Shown here in pieces: positions 43,248-52,790 of a stretch of 64,000 nucleotides of DNA. The stretch is taken from assembly GCA_963796105.1 (NCBI GenBank), contig CAWCKJ010000002.1, positions 192,001 to 256,000 on the forward strand. The letters are read 5' to 3'. Both the position numbers and the translations under genes were made by a program. The stretch is from a candidate division FCPU426 bacterium (GTDB taxonomy: Bacteria; Oederibacteriota; Muellerivitia; Muellerivitales; Muellerivitaceae). Numbering within the stretch: the stretch's first letter is position 1; each line of letters opens with the position of its first letter. Below the pieces are notes generated by a model. The model searched no databases, was not told the DNA's origin, and saw nothing but the letters and a program-made list of their open reading frames with translations.

Positions 43248-45257
43248 TCAGGGGGTCGGGGTCGAAACTGTTCCCTCGGTGGGGGCGGGGCTGGGGTTGG
43301 TTTGGGGCCGGGGATTGAAGTCGGCCGGGACGGGGTTCGGCAGTCCCAGGGTCTGGTCAATCGGGACGACCCCGATGTCCTTTAAGCCGTACCCGCTATT
43401 TTGCGGAAGAGTACCCACGATGGTTTCGGGAATGGAGACATAATCGGGCTGGAGAATCGAAACCGCGCCGCTGAGGCGGGCCGGGTCGAAAGCCGCCACC
43501 AGGTCGGAGACATCCGGCGTAAGTGCGTCATCCGGCCCCCAATTGTCCTGCCCCAGGTTCTTCTTACCGAGTTTCCGCCCTTTCATCTCATCCGGGAGTT
43601 TAGCCAGGGGGGTAAGCCCGAAGACCGTATCCACGAACTTCACGACCGAACCATGGTCGCCCGTTTCATGCACGACCGTATGGACCCTCGCGTAAGGGGA
43701 AATGAGAAGGAAGGGAACCCTGGGCCCGTCGCTGATGGCTTCCTTATCCGGGCCGAAGACGCGCAGGGGGGGCGGGACGTGGTCGTAGAATCCCCCGTCG
43801 TCATCCCAGGTGATGATGATGGCGCAGTTGTTCCAATATTGGCTCTTGGCGATGGCGTTGATCATCTTGGCCAGCATGGCCTCGCTGATCTGGGAGTCCG
43901 AACCGCCGGGATGGTCGTCGTCCCCCAGGTACTTTTTCTGGACCGCCGGGTCCTGGTCGGCCGGTTTCATGCCTAATAGGTTCCAATGGCCGCCCTTCAC
44001 GTAATAAACGCCCCCCTCTTGGGAAAGGGTTCCCTTGGAGACGGCGGGAATAAAATCCCTCAGGTCCTGGAGACAGCCGGCCATGGCCGGACTGTGGACG
44101 ATGTAACCGAAATATTGCGGGCCGTTATGGTGGGTGACATAGGAGAAGTGGGCTCCTTCGGCGTCGGTCGGATCCTCACCGCCGGGGATTGGTTCGCCAT
44201 AGCCTTCCTGGTACCAGCCCCAGGAGACCGCTTTGCTCCCCTTTTGGTTTAAATAGGCCACGTCGTCCTGCAGGTCCTCAAGGTCGGATTCCTTCTCCGG
44301 GTCCTCGGAGGTCTGGCTTCCCGCCTCGGAGCCCGCCAGGGAAAGGGCCAGGGTGGCGTAGGTCTGGTTATTTTGGACATCATCCTGCTTCTTTTTGGAG
44401 AAGTCCTTCGGGTTCACGGGCATTTTGGGGTTGGACTGGGTGTCCTCCGGGGACCCCCAGTAAGGGTCGGAGCTGTTCAGGACAGGTTCGCCCGCGCCTT
44501 TTTTCCCGAAATCCTTCTCCATCTTCTCGGGGTGGAGGACGCCCTCGGTTTGCCCGCTTTGGGCGGCGATGATGGACAGGTTGCCGGGCGTGGAGGGGCC
44601 GACCATCAGCTGGAAAAAGCGGTCGAAGAGGACGAAACGGTTGGCCCAGTGCCAGAGGAAGGGGATGGTTTCGCCGTCGAGATGGGCCATGGTGATTTCC
44701 CCCAATTGCTTGGCTTGAAGGGTGGGAAGGCCGGTCGGGAATTTTTTCATCTCCTCCGACAGGGCGAACTTGTCCATCAGCGGTTTCCCGTCCACTACGT
44801 CCATCTTTTGGGTCAGCAAAAAGTGCCCGTGGCCGACGTCATCCAGGTCGGAGGCGTATTCCTTGGATCCGATCCGGAAGGGTTGGATCTGCTCCGTGGT
44901 TCCGTCGGGGTTTTCGATGGGCTGGTTAAAGCCTGGAGTCTCGCTTTGGGGGTGGGAATAGATGCCCTCCACGCCCGGGAAGGTGCCGAAATAGGAGTCG
45001 AACGATCGGTTTTCCTGGTAGAGAATAAATACATACTTGATGTTTTGACGCAGGAGCGAAACCAGTTTCTTCCGGCTGAGGCGCGGTTCATTGGCTTTCG
45101 GGACCTCCAAAGGGGCGATCTCAGCGTCGCCCGTGGGGGGCAGGGATTCGACTATTGATTTGGAAACAGTTTGGGAAAGAGCCCGGGATTGCGGGCCGAA
45201 GACCGTGAAAATTACCAACAAGCAGAGAACCCCTACGGCTGTTCGAATGAAATTCAT
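43248..45257 (-). CDS. Secreted phosphoesterase (AcpA acid phosphatase / phospholipase C superfamily)
   Basis: Signal peptide; QENRSFDSYFG, GPSTPG (Ser-nucleophile type as in Francisella AcpA), DDHPG, TWDDDGGFYDHVPPP, GPRVP. Confidence 0.9.
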   Translation of the reverse strand: MNFIRTAVGVLCLLVIFTVFGPQSRALSQTVSKSIVESLPPTGDAEIAPLEVPKANEPRLSRKKLVSLLRQNIKYVFILYQENRSFDSYFGTFPGVEGIYSHPQSETPGFNQPIENPDGTTEQIQPFRIGSKEYASDLDDVGHGHFLLTQKMDVVDGKPLMDKFALSEEMKKFPTGLPTLQAKQLGEITMAHLDGETIPFLWHWANRFVLFDRFFQLMVGPSTPGNLSIIAAQSGQTEGVLHPEKMEKDFGKKGAGEPVLNSSDPYWGSPEDTQSNPKMPVNPKDFSKKKQDDVQNNQTYATLALSLAGSEAGSQTSEDPEKESDLEDLQDDVAYLNQKGSKAVSWGWYQEGYGEPIPGGEDPTDAEGAHFSYVTHHNGPQYFGYIVHSPAMAGCLQDLRDFIPAVSKGTLSQEGGVYYVKGGHWNLLGMKPADQDPAVQKKYLGDDDHPGGSDSQISEAMLAKMINAIAKSQYWNNCAIIITWDDDGGFYDHVPPPLRVFGPDKEAISDGPRVPFLLISPYARVHTVVHETGDHGSVVKFVDTVFGLTPLAKLPDEMKGRKLGKKNLGQDNWGPDDALTPDVSDLVAAFDPARLSGAVSILQPDYVSIPETIVGTLPQNSGYGLKDIGVVPIDQTLGLPNPVPADFNPRPQTNPSPAPTEGTVSTPTP

Positions 45258-45403
45258 TTTTTACTCCTTTTCAACACAAATCGAACTATGACACTTCAAA
45301 AACTGACTAAGCCTATGTACAAAACACCTGCGGTCTATTGGTTTTTTTAATCTTCCCCCTTTGAAAGAGGGGGATAGAGGGGAAGTTAGCCTTTTATGTA
45401 TTA

Positions 45404-47047
45404 CCTGAATTTTGCACCGAGTTTACCGATTCCGTGGCCAGATCGGCCTGAATCGGGACCCGACAGTGGCCATTTTCATCAGAAGTGAACTTATGTGCAA
45501 AGAATTTTTTGCACCAAGCCACTTCTAGGCCGCCCTGGGTCTTTCCAATCGTTTTCGATCAAGGTATTTGAGGAAACCCAATAGGCCCGCTGTCCTATCA
45601 TCATGGATTGAATACCTCACCACATCCCGATGGCCGTGATACTGGATTCGGGCGGCTACAAAGAGCATCTTCAAACGTGCGATCCGAAGGGTATGGTCCG
45701 GCATGGTGATCTGTTCCTTCTCCTGTGGCTTCTTTCCCGGTCGCTTTTCTTTTCCACAATGGCCCACCATTAGTTTCATCCACCTCCAGAGGTTGTAAGC
45801 CAGCATCACGATCTGGAAAAAAGCATGGTGGCTTTGGAAACTCTTAGAGGGAATTGCTAATAACCCCTCCCGTTGCGCCTCACCAATCAGGTTTTCCACA
45901 TCCGCGCGCAGGTCGTATTCCTCAACCACCCGATGGGGTGCTCCCAGACAGTTGGTCGCGAAGATTCGGTAGACATATCCTTCCATTTCAGGAAGGCTCA
46001 ATTGTTTCTCCCGCGCTTTTTCATCCAGCGTCCTCATCGCCACAAACCGGACTGGTTGTTGCCAGCCTATGGGTTGATGGACACATTCGTTGTATTCGTG
46101 TTCTCCATGGCGGTACCAACCCTTTTTCGTGAAAGGCGGGTCATGCCGCTTGTTCCCGAAGATGAAAGAAAACCCTTCTTTTTCACAGGCTTTCACGCTT
46201 TCCCAGCCGATCATTTCACCGTCACCGCGCACCAGAATCGTCCGGACACAGGACGGCAAGAGTCGCCGGAATTGTCTAATTTGGCGGGCCACTTCCTCAG
46301 AACTAAGGGTGGTTCCGCGTCTTTGGGTTCCGCACAAATATTCCCGGGTTTCCTGGAGAAAACACAGAATGGGCCTCAGTCCCTTCTTGCCCCGGTGCTT
46401 GGGGTTGTATCCTTTTCGGCTTCCCTCGATATTTCCGTAGACCGTTGCGGTGGTGGTATCGATGTTGATCTCCACCTTCTTGGGGGCATATTTCACCTGT
46501 CCCCAAACCTTGGCCCGTAACGCCCCACTCAGATTCAGCAACGATGCCGACTGCCCGATCCCCAGCGACCTCAGGTATCTCCAAAAAGTTGTCACTACCG
46601 GCAACAAGGGAACCCGCAGTAAACCGCACAGCATGACCTCACCCCGCAGGTAGGCAAAATGGCCAAGTCTTTGGAACCCGATGAAAAGAAGCATTAGGAT
46701 GCCGCTTACCATCCGGTAGTGGCCCAAATTCGGAAGGCGTTTAGGTGCGGCATAGTGTTTTTTGAATTCCCGCTCAAAATCAAGAAGGTCGAACATCTTC
46801 GCCAATGCCAACAATCCGCCAAAAGCTGTTAGGCGGTCTTCGCAAATACCTACGGGAGTATTGGCCGTAATCTTGGGCGCGATTCTCCCGTTTCGATTGG
46901 CTTTTTTCTGGACTTGCGGGTTTGATTTCTGAGGCGTATCTTGACGTTTCACCATCTGGGGGACCCTCTTTTAGGATGAGTTGGCTTCGCAACCCTTATC
47001 CTATAATGGTTTCCTAGATGGTTTTTTTATTAGGCGCAAAATTCAGG
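45404..47047 (-). mobile_element. IS1380-family insertion sequence, 1644 bp
   Basis: Terminal IRs CCTGAATTTTGC(A/G)CC; 5-bp target duplication TATTA at 45399-45403 and 47048-47052. Confidence 0.92.
45525..46955 (-). CDS. IS1380-family DDE transposase
   Basis: LTAFGGL, IDTT...YG...GYNP, VRGDG, Y..RADVENLIGE. Confidence 0.9.
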   Translation of the reverse strand: MVKRQDTPQKSNPQVQKKANRNGRIAPKITANTPVGICEDRLTAFGGLLALAKMFDLLDFEREFKKHYAAPKRLPNLGHYRMVSGILMLLFIGFQRLGHFAYLRGEVMLCGLLRVPLLPVVTTFWRYLRSLGIGQSASLLNLSGALRAKVWGQVKYAPKKVEINIDTTTATVYGNIEGSRKGYNPKHRGKKGLRPILCFLQETREYLCGTQRRGTTLSSEEVARQIRQFRRLLPSCVRTILVRGDGEMIGWESVKACEKEGFSFIFGNKRHDPPFTKKGWYRHGEHEYNECVHQPIGWQQPVRFVAMRTLDEKAREKQLSLPEMEGYVYRIFATNCLGAPHRVVEEYDLRADVENLIGEAQREGLLAIPSKSFQSHHAFFQIVMLAYNLWRWMKLMVGHCGKEKRPGKKPQEKEQITMPDHTLRIARLKMLFVAARIQYHGHRDVVRYSIHDDRTAGLLGFLKYLDRKRLERPRAA

Positions 47048-47336
47048 TATTAATTAGAGAACGACTAATACCCCCCACCCAAAGGCGCTCATAGGAAAAA
47101 CCCCCTATGTACAACGAACTCATAGGGAAGAGCCCCTATGTACCCACGAAACCGAAATGCCCACAAACCGAAAAGCCCCATTTTCACCCCCATTTCATCC
47201 ATGTGATAATAATAAATGGAAAATGGGGACGTCCCCATTCCCAATATCTTTGTTTTTCAAAGAGGCATGGGGGAAAGGGGGGAATTAGCACCAGCAACAT
47301 GTTTTTCGAAATTTGCCAATGTTGAGACAATTATTT

Positions 47337-47876
47337 TTAATTCAGCTTAAAGGCGATGGGAAGCCGCACGCGGCAATTAATCGGCTGGCCCGATGCGTCC
47401 AGGGCCGGCCTGAACCTGGCGTCCTGCAGTTTTGCCATGACCACCGTGTTGAACTCGGGCGTACTGCCCTGGACGATGCTGACGGACTTCACCTTTCCCT
47501 CGATATTGATGAGAAGCTCCGCCACCACCCTGCCTTCCTTCTTTTGCTTGCGCATCTCAATGGGGTAATCATCCTCGCCGATCATACCCCCTACCCAGGA
47601 GGGCTGGCGGCTGGCGACGACCGCCACGGCCAAATCAGGCTCGGGAGTGGGCTTGATTGTGGGCGGCGTGGGGGATTTCCCTTTTTTGGCCATGATCCAG
47701 GTCTCGATGACCGGGGTGGCTTGTGTCCCTACGGATAAAAGCGGGGTGCTTTTCATGTCGATGTCGACGCGGTATTCGGTATGGGCTTCCCCCCAGGCGA
47801 TAAGCCCCAAGGCCCCGCCGAATAGGCCGCCGTGGATCAGGCTCGAAATCAGGATTCCCCTGAATAGGCGGTTCAT
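47337..47876 (-). CDS. tonB: TonB energy transducer (short linker)
   Basis: SSLIHG TM anchor; C-domain YP...EGRVV...ARFRPA...PIAFKL. Confidence 0.88.
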   Translation of the reverse strand: MNRLFRGILISSLIHGGLFGGALGLIAWGEAHTEYRVDIDMKSTPLLSVGTQATPVIETWIMAKKGKSPTPPTIKPTPEPDLAVAVVASRQPSWVGGMIGEDDYPIEMRKQKKEGRVVAELLINIEGKVKSVSIVQGSTPEFNTVVMAKLQDARFRPALDASGQPINCRVRLPIAFKLN

Positions 47877-48277
47877 TATTTCCGGTCCATCGCGAGAGCC
47901 ACTTTCTGGACCCCGCCCATCTTGATGGCGTCCAGGACCTGCGCCACTTTCTCATAGGTGATTTCCTTGGGCGCCTTGAGGATCACCTTAACGCCGGGAT
48001 TCACGCCGGACTCAACCGTCATTTGCTGGGTCAGGCGGGGCAGGTCGATGTCCTGGAGGTTGAACTTGAGTTCGCCGTTCAAGCCAAGGCTGACAGTCAA
48101 GGCTGGCTGGGGGGCCATTTCCTCCTTGACCACCTTGGGCAGATGAACCTGGAGGGCCTGCTCGCTGACGAAGGTGGCAGTTACCATGAAAATAATCAGC
48201 AAAACCAGCGTGATGTCCACCAAGGGCGTGACGTTGATGCCCGTGACCAGGTTGCTTTCGTCGGAGGCGGGGACCAT
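47876..48277 (-). CDS. exbD: ExbD/TolR
   Basis: INVTPLVDITLVLLIIFMVT. Confidence 0.93.
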   Translation of the reverse strand: MVPASDESNLVTGINVTPLVDITLVLLIIFMVTATFVSEQALQVHLPKVVKEEMAPQPALTVSLGLNGELKFNLQDIDLPRLTQQMTVESGVNPGVKVILKAPKEITYEKVAQVLDAIKMGGVQKVALAMDRK

Positions 48278-48903
48278 TACTTCACCTTCTCTTGCTTGAG
48301 GTAGGCCAGGAGGACCCTGGAAAGGCTGTCGGTGTTGGTCTGGATCTCCCTTAACCGTGTCAGGAAAAAGTTGTTGGCCACGACCGCCGGGATGGCCACC
48401 AGGATGCCGAAGGCGGTGGCGATCAAGGCGGCGGAGATGCCCGACATGACGACCGAGACGCCGCTTTGGCCGGTCATCCCCAGGTCGTTAAAGGCCTTGA
48501 TGACTCCCAGGACCGTCCCGAAAAGCCCTACGAAGGGGGCGTTGTTGCCGAGGGTTCCCAGGATGATCAAGTACCTTTCCAACTCCAGCTTTTCCCTCAA
48601 CCAGCGGGAGGCCATCACTTCCTCCACCGCCGGGGCGCCTTTCTTGAAGCTCTTCAAGCCGGCCAGGGCCACCCGGGCCTCCACCCTGGCGCTCTTCTCG
48701 GCCCTTTCCACCGCCCCGGGAACGTCATGCTTCTCCAGGCTCGCCGCCAGGCCGTCCATCAACGCCGACAGGTCGCCCCGGTTCTTGTGGAAGACCAGCC
48801 AGCGCTCGATCATGACCCCGATGGAAACAACTGAAGCTATGATCAGCAAAACGATGACCCAGGTGTCCCCCACCAAGGCCATGTGCATGAAAATCGAGTT
48901 CAT
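48277..48903 (-). CDS. exbB: ExbB/TolQ/MotA proton channel
   Basis: APFVGLFGTVLGV, GISAALIATAFGILVAIPA. Confidence 0.93.
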   Translation of the reverse strand: MNSIFMHMALVGDTWVIVLLIIASVVSIGVMIERWLVFHKNRGDLSALMDGLAASLEKHDVPGAVERAEKSARVEARVALAGLKSFKKGAPAVEEVMASRWLREKLELERYLIILGTLGNNAPFVGLFGTVLGVIKAFNDLGMTGQSGVSVVMSGISAALIATAFGILVAIPAVVANNFFLTRLREIQTNTDSLSRVLLAYLKQEKVK

Positions 48904-48964
48904 TGAAAACTCCCCTTTAATTATTTTTTAAACCGGTGTAACAAACGTCACGTACATAAAAATA

Positions 48965-49032
48965 GTCCGAACCCGGCGCACGGTTTCGGTCCCTGAAGCC
49001 GAAACCGTTCTGGGGTACACGCCGGGTTGGAC
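48965..49032. other. Intercistronic two-tier stem-loop between TBDR and exbB
   Basis: Outer stem AACCCGGCG/CGCCGGGTT enclosing inner stem CGGTTTCGG/CCGAAACCG. Confidence 0.6.
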
Positions 49033-49077
49033 AGGAGATGATTGCTGATTCCCCTTTAATCCTTTTTTCTTGAAGCC

Positions 49078-51762
49078 TTAAAAATCGACCTTTACGCCTC
49101 CGTCGAAGGAAGCCCCGTAATACTCGTTCTGGATCGGGAAATTGGGGGAGCCCTGGTAAAAACGATGGTTCGCGTTGTTCAGGTTGTTCCCGTCGGCATA
49201 GATCGTGAAGTCCTTGCTTAAGGCGTACTGGGCCTTCGCGTCGATCTGGAAATAATCGTCATAATAAATGTTCGGGGAGTTGTCCTGGGTTGGGTCCCCG
49301 ATCGTGGTCAGGTTTTTTCCGGTAAAAGATCCGCCAATGTCGAAAGTGAATCCGTATTTCTTGTAAAAGATACCGGTGTTCCAAATCAGGTCGGACTGGC
49401 TGGGCAGTTCGGAATAGACATTCGGCACGATCTCGCCCGAGGAACCGATAAAGGAAATGGACCCGCGGAAACCCAGCCCATTCAGGGGTTCGGGCAGCAT
49501 GGTGTATTGCTGTTGGTACTGGAATTCCGCCCCGTAGATCTGGGAATAGGGAATGTTAACGTAGGAGACCGTATTGGTGACTCCCCCCGAGCTATCCGCC
49601 TTTGAGTAATCGGTCGCGAAATAGTTGGCGATGTCCTTGAGGAAAAAATCGGCGGCCAGGATAGCGCCCTTGGCCGGATAAAACTCCCAAGAACTGTCGA
49701 TGTTGTTCGAGATCATCGGCTTCAGGTTGGGGTTGCCGGATTGAAAATTAATGACCGAGTCCCCTTGTTGCGCATCGAGAGCCGCCCCTAAGCTAAACGA
49801 GGGGATATACTGGTTTTGGGTTGGACGGGCGATGGTCTGCGAATAGTTGGTCCGGGTGACGAACTGGGGATTGAACGTGTACTTCATTCCCAGGCTCGGC
49901 AGGGCATTGGTATAGTCGATGGTCCCCGTATGGGCGATTGGGGCGGATAATTCTGTTTTCGTATAATTCCCGAAGGCGTCATAGGCGTAAGACTGCCACC
50001 AGTTGTATTGAATGTGCGTGGCCTCGACCCGGACGCCGCCCATGATCTCCATTTTTCCGCTTTTGATGGTGTCCATGGCGTAAACCGCGTAGACATCTTC
50101 CCAGTTGTTATAGTCACCCCCCTGGTCATCAATAGGGTCGCCTTGGTAATAAGGACCCTGGTAGGCGTTCGAGCCACTAAGAAGTTTTGTTGTCATGCTG
50201 AGGCTTGGAAGCGGCCCCATGTTATAGATGTTGCCGGGATAGTAGGGCGTACTGCTGGAACCCAAGACTTGATCCATTGTAAGGGTTCCGGTTTGGTCTG
50301 AGGTGAGGCTCACTTGGTTGAAGACGGAGTATTCTAACCGCGCTGCCGCGCCGAATTTGACCGTTCCTGTATCGTCCCCTCCGAGGGGCGTATCGAACTT
50401 GCCGTCGGCCTTGAGGCCATACTGATTCACGTTGTAGGTGCTTGTGCCGTCACTTGAGCCGGTATAGGTGAACAGGCTCGGGTCGTTCTGCCCGGTCATG
50501 TTGCTCATGTTGATGGTGGGGTTATTCCCGTTATTAGCGGTATTGTTGTAAGTGAGCGAGCCTGTAAGATTATTTTTATTTGCGAAACCATAACCAAAGT
50601 CATAGGGCACATTCTGGTCCGCATAGGCAAAACTGGCCTTATAGTCCAGGATGAACCCGCCGAGATTGTTTTCGCCCCCCACTCCCGTGGCCAAGGTGCG
50701 GAACTGGGTTAATTCATTCGTCATGCTTTTTTTATCTTGAACCCCGGCGGCCTGGACATCGGGAATCGTAATGCTTCCGTCGGGATTCACGACGGCGGCA
50801 CCTTCCGCATCCAGGTTTTTAATATCCGTGTGCCATACGGGATTGCGGTATTCGTCATAACCGCTATACATTAAATTGGCGTAGAGCTTGTTTTCTTTGT
50901 CCATTGAGAGGTCGATATTCGCCCCGATCCCGCCCCGGTCACGCTCATAGTCGTAATAACGGAAATCATAGTCCGTGACGGAATTAGGGACTAAAGGCGG
51001 ATCAGCGGGGTCGCTATAGCCGTTCTCCAAGTCGTCGATCCCGAACCTTTCATACTGGTACGAGGCCGCGACCAGGATCCCCAGATTGGTTTTCCCCCCG
51101 AGGTTGAGGGTCTCGCCCCAGGTTAAATCCTCCTTCGTGGTGGCTTGGCTGCGCTCCGGAACATAACCCCCCTCGACCTGGAGTTCGTGGAAGCTTCCGG
51201 GATAATCGAAGGCTGATTTTGGGACGAGGTTCATCTGACCGCCGACACCCTGCGCGTCCATATCCGGCAGGATGGTCTTGAAGACTTCCATTTCACCCGC
51301 CATGCCGGCCGGGATGGCGTCGAGGTCCACAGACCTCGCCGCTTCATCATAGGAGGGGATGATGGTGTTATTGAACGTGATGATGTTCAGGTTCGAGTCC
51401 GTGCCCCGGATGTCGATATAACGGGGCTCGCCGGTGTCATGCTGGACCCCGACCCCGGGCAATTGCTGGGCCGCCTGGGCGACGGTCTTGGCCGGCGTCT
51501 GGTTGATCTGGTCCTGGGAAAGGATGTTCACCTTGTTCAGGGAATCGTGCATCTCGTCGAAGGACTGGGCCTGGTCGATGCCGTGGGCCTTCACCGTGAT
51601 CTCGGGAAGCTCCGAGACCGCGGTCGTGGAGGCCGACAGGGTATCACCCTGGCTGTCCGCCTGTTTGTCGTCAGCCACAGCGGCCCGGATATCCAGGCAT
51701 AAAATCGAAACTATCGAGAGCATCAGCGTGATAAAATTCAAACCCAGCTTATTCATCCTCAT
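49078..51762 (-). CDS. TonB-dependent outer-membrane receptor
   Basis: Signal peptide; TonB-box-like EITV; plug LPGV...DTGEPRYIDIRG; GNPNLKP; NLNN; terminal Phe. Confidence 0.93.
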   Translation of the reverse strand: MRMNKLGLNFITLMLSIVSILCLDIRAAVADDKQADSQGDTLSASTTAVSELPEITVKAHGIDQAQSFDEMHDSLNKVNILSQDQINQTPAKTVAQAAQQLPGVGVQHDTGEPRYIDIRGTDSNLNIITFNNTIIPSYDEAARSVDLDAIPAGMAGEMEVFKTILPDMDAQGVGGQMNLVPKSAFDYPGSFHELQVEGGYVPERSQATTKEDLTWGETLNLGGKTNLGILVAASYQYERFGIDDLENGYSDPADPPLVPNSVTDYDFRYYDYERDRGGIGANIDLSMDKENKLYANLMYSGYDEYRNPVWHTDIKNLDAEGAAVVNPDGSITIPDVQAAGVQDKKSMTNELTQFRTLATGVGGENNLGGFILDYKASFAYADQNVPYDFGYGFANKNNLTGSLTYNNTANNGNNPTINMSNMTGQNDPSLFTYTGSSDGTSTYNVNQYGLKADGKFDTPLGGDDTGTVKFGAAARLEYSVFNQVSLTSDQTGTLTMDQVLGSSSTPYYPGNIYNMGPLPSLSMTTKLLSGSNAYQGPYYQGDPIDDQGGDYNNWEDVYAVYAMDTIKSGKMEIMGGVRVEATHIQYNWWQSYAYDAFGNYTKTELSAPIAHTGTIDYTNALPSLGMKYTFNPQFVTRTNYSQTIARPTQNQYIPSFSLGAALDAQQGDSVINFQSGNPNLKPMISNNIDSSWEFYPAKGAILAADFFLKDIANYFATDYSKADSSGGVTNTVSYVNIPYSQIYGAEFQYQQQYTMLPEPLNGLGFRGSISFIGSSGEIVPNVYSELPSQSDLIWNTGIFYKKYGFTFDIGGSFTGKNLTTIGDPTQDNSPNIYYDDYFQIDAKAQYALSKDFTIYADGNNLNNANHRFYQGSPNFPIQNEYYGASFDGGVKVDF

Positions 51763-51890
51763 AACGACTTCCTTTCCCGATCAGAAGAAATAAAAAACAT
51801 CCAAGGGATTCCATTGCTTGATATTCGAGGGGTGTCCTGATGGAACCGGCTTATGACGGGGGAGAATTTAACGGAAAGACATCCGCTTAT

Positions 51891-51941
51891 TGTTATGGAG
51901 AGGTTAATTGGAGGTAACGATACGATGACGAAATCGTCATC
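51891..51941. promoter_or_regulatory. OmpR/PhoB-family operator array
   Basis: Hexamers TGTTAT, GGTTAA, GGTAAC, GATGAC at 51891, 51902, 51913, 51924 (11-bp period); the last forms the palindrome GATGACGAAATCGTCATC, matching CusR-box geometry ATGAC-N6-GTCAT. Confidence 0.7.
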
Positions 51942-52115
51942 TTCGATATTTATATATTCCCGGTACTATGATGGGGATCATTTACGTGAAAGTGGTTACC
52001 AGCAGAAACTGCGCGGCTTTAGAATGTCTCGGCGGACCGCCAGTCCATAAAATTAAATTTTGTTCATCTTCCAAATTTAGCTTGATACTTCTGCCGGATT
52101 AAATTACATAGACCC

Positions 52116-52790
52116 ATGAGAATCTTGATCATCGAGGACGAACCGAAAACTTTGGCCTACTTGGCCAAAGGCCTTTCCGAGAACGGCTTTACTGTGGACC
52201 GCTCCGGGAACGGCGGGGACGGATTCCGGATGGCCCTGGCGGGCTCCTACGACCTTCTCATCCTGGACATCATGCTCCCGGGCAAGGACGGCTGGTCGAT
52301 CCTGTCGGACTTGCGCGGCTCAGGACGAAGGATTCCCGTTCTTTTCCTGACCGCGCTGGACGCGGTGGAGGACCGCGTGAAGGGGCTGGAATCGGGGGCG
52401 GACGACTACCTGGTGAAACCCTTCGCTTTCACGGAGCTATTGGCCAGGGTGCATACCCTTTTGAGAAGGGGCCAAGCCCAGCCGCCGGAAGCTCTCAAGA
52501 TAGCCGACCTTGAAATCGACCCCATCAGCCACAAGACCCTGAGGTCCGGACGGAAACTCGACCTCACCCCCAAGGAATTCTCCCTCCTATATCTACTCGC
52601 TTCCAAGAACGGGGAAGTTTTGTCCCGGGCCCGCCTGGCGGAACTGGTATGGGACATGAGTTTCGACAGCGGCACCAACGTGGTGGATGTCCATGTCCGC
52701 CGGCTTCGTTCCAAAGTGGATGACTTATTCAACCCGAAACTGATCCATACCGTCAGGGGGGTGGGCTATGTCCTCGAAGACCGCGGATAA
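52116..52790 (+). CDS. Heavy-metal-type response regulator (CusR/CopR/CzcR/IrlR-like)
   Basis: LDIMLPGKDGW, GADDYLVKPFAF, VWDMSFDSGTNVVDVHVRRLRSKVD. Confidence 0.92.
   Translation: MRILIIEDEPKTLAYLAKGLSENGFTVDRSGNGGDGFRMALAGSYDLLILDIMLPGKDGWSILSDLRGSGRRIPVLFLTALDAVEDRVKGLESGADDYLVKPFAFTELLARVHTLLRRGQAQPPEALKIADLEIDPISHKTLRSGRKLDLTPKEFSLLYLLASKNGEVLSRARLAELVWDMSFDSGTNVVDVHVRRLRSKVDDLFNPKLIHTVRGVGYVLEDRG

Larger units (their letters stand above)
45351..47326. repeat. Modular REP-like repeat locus interrupted by IS1380
   Basis: CCCCCTTTGAAAGAGGGGG hairpin left of the IS; hairpin modules and TTTTCGAAATTTGCCAA tail right of it, shared with the 57.3 kb and 59.9 kb elements. Confidence 0.75.

Noticed and set aside
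47053..47330. Hairpin repeats as CRISPR array, tRNA or attC sites; 72-aa ORF at 47107
   Set aside because: No regular repeat-spacer period, cloverleaf or integrase; the ORF lies within repeat sequence.
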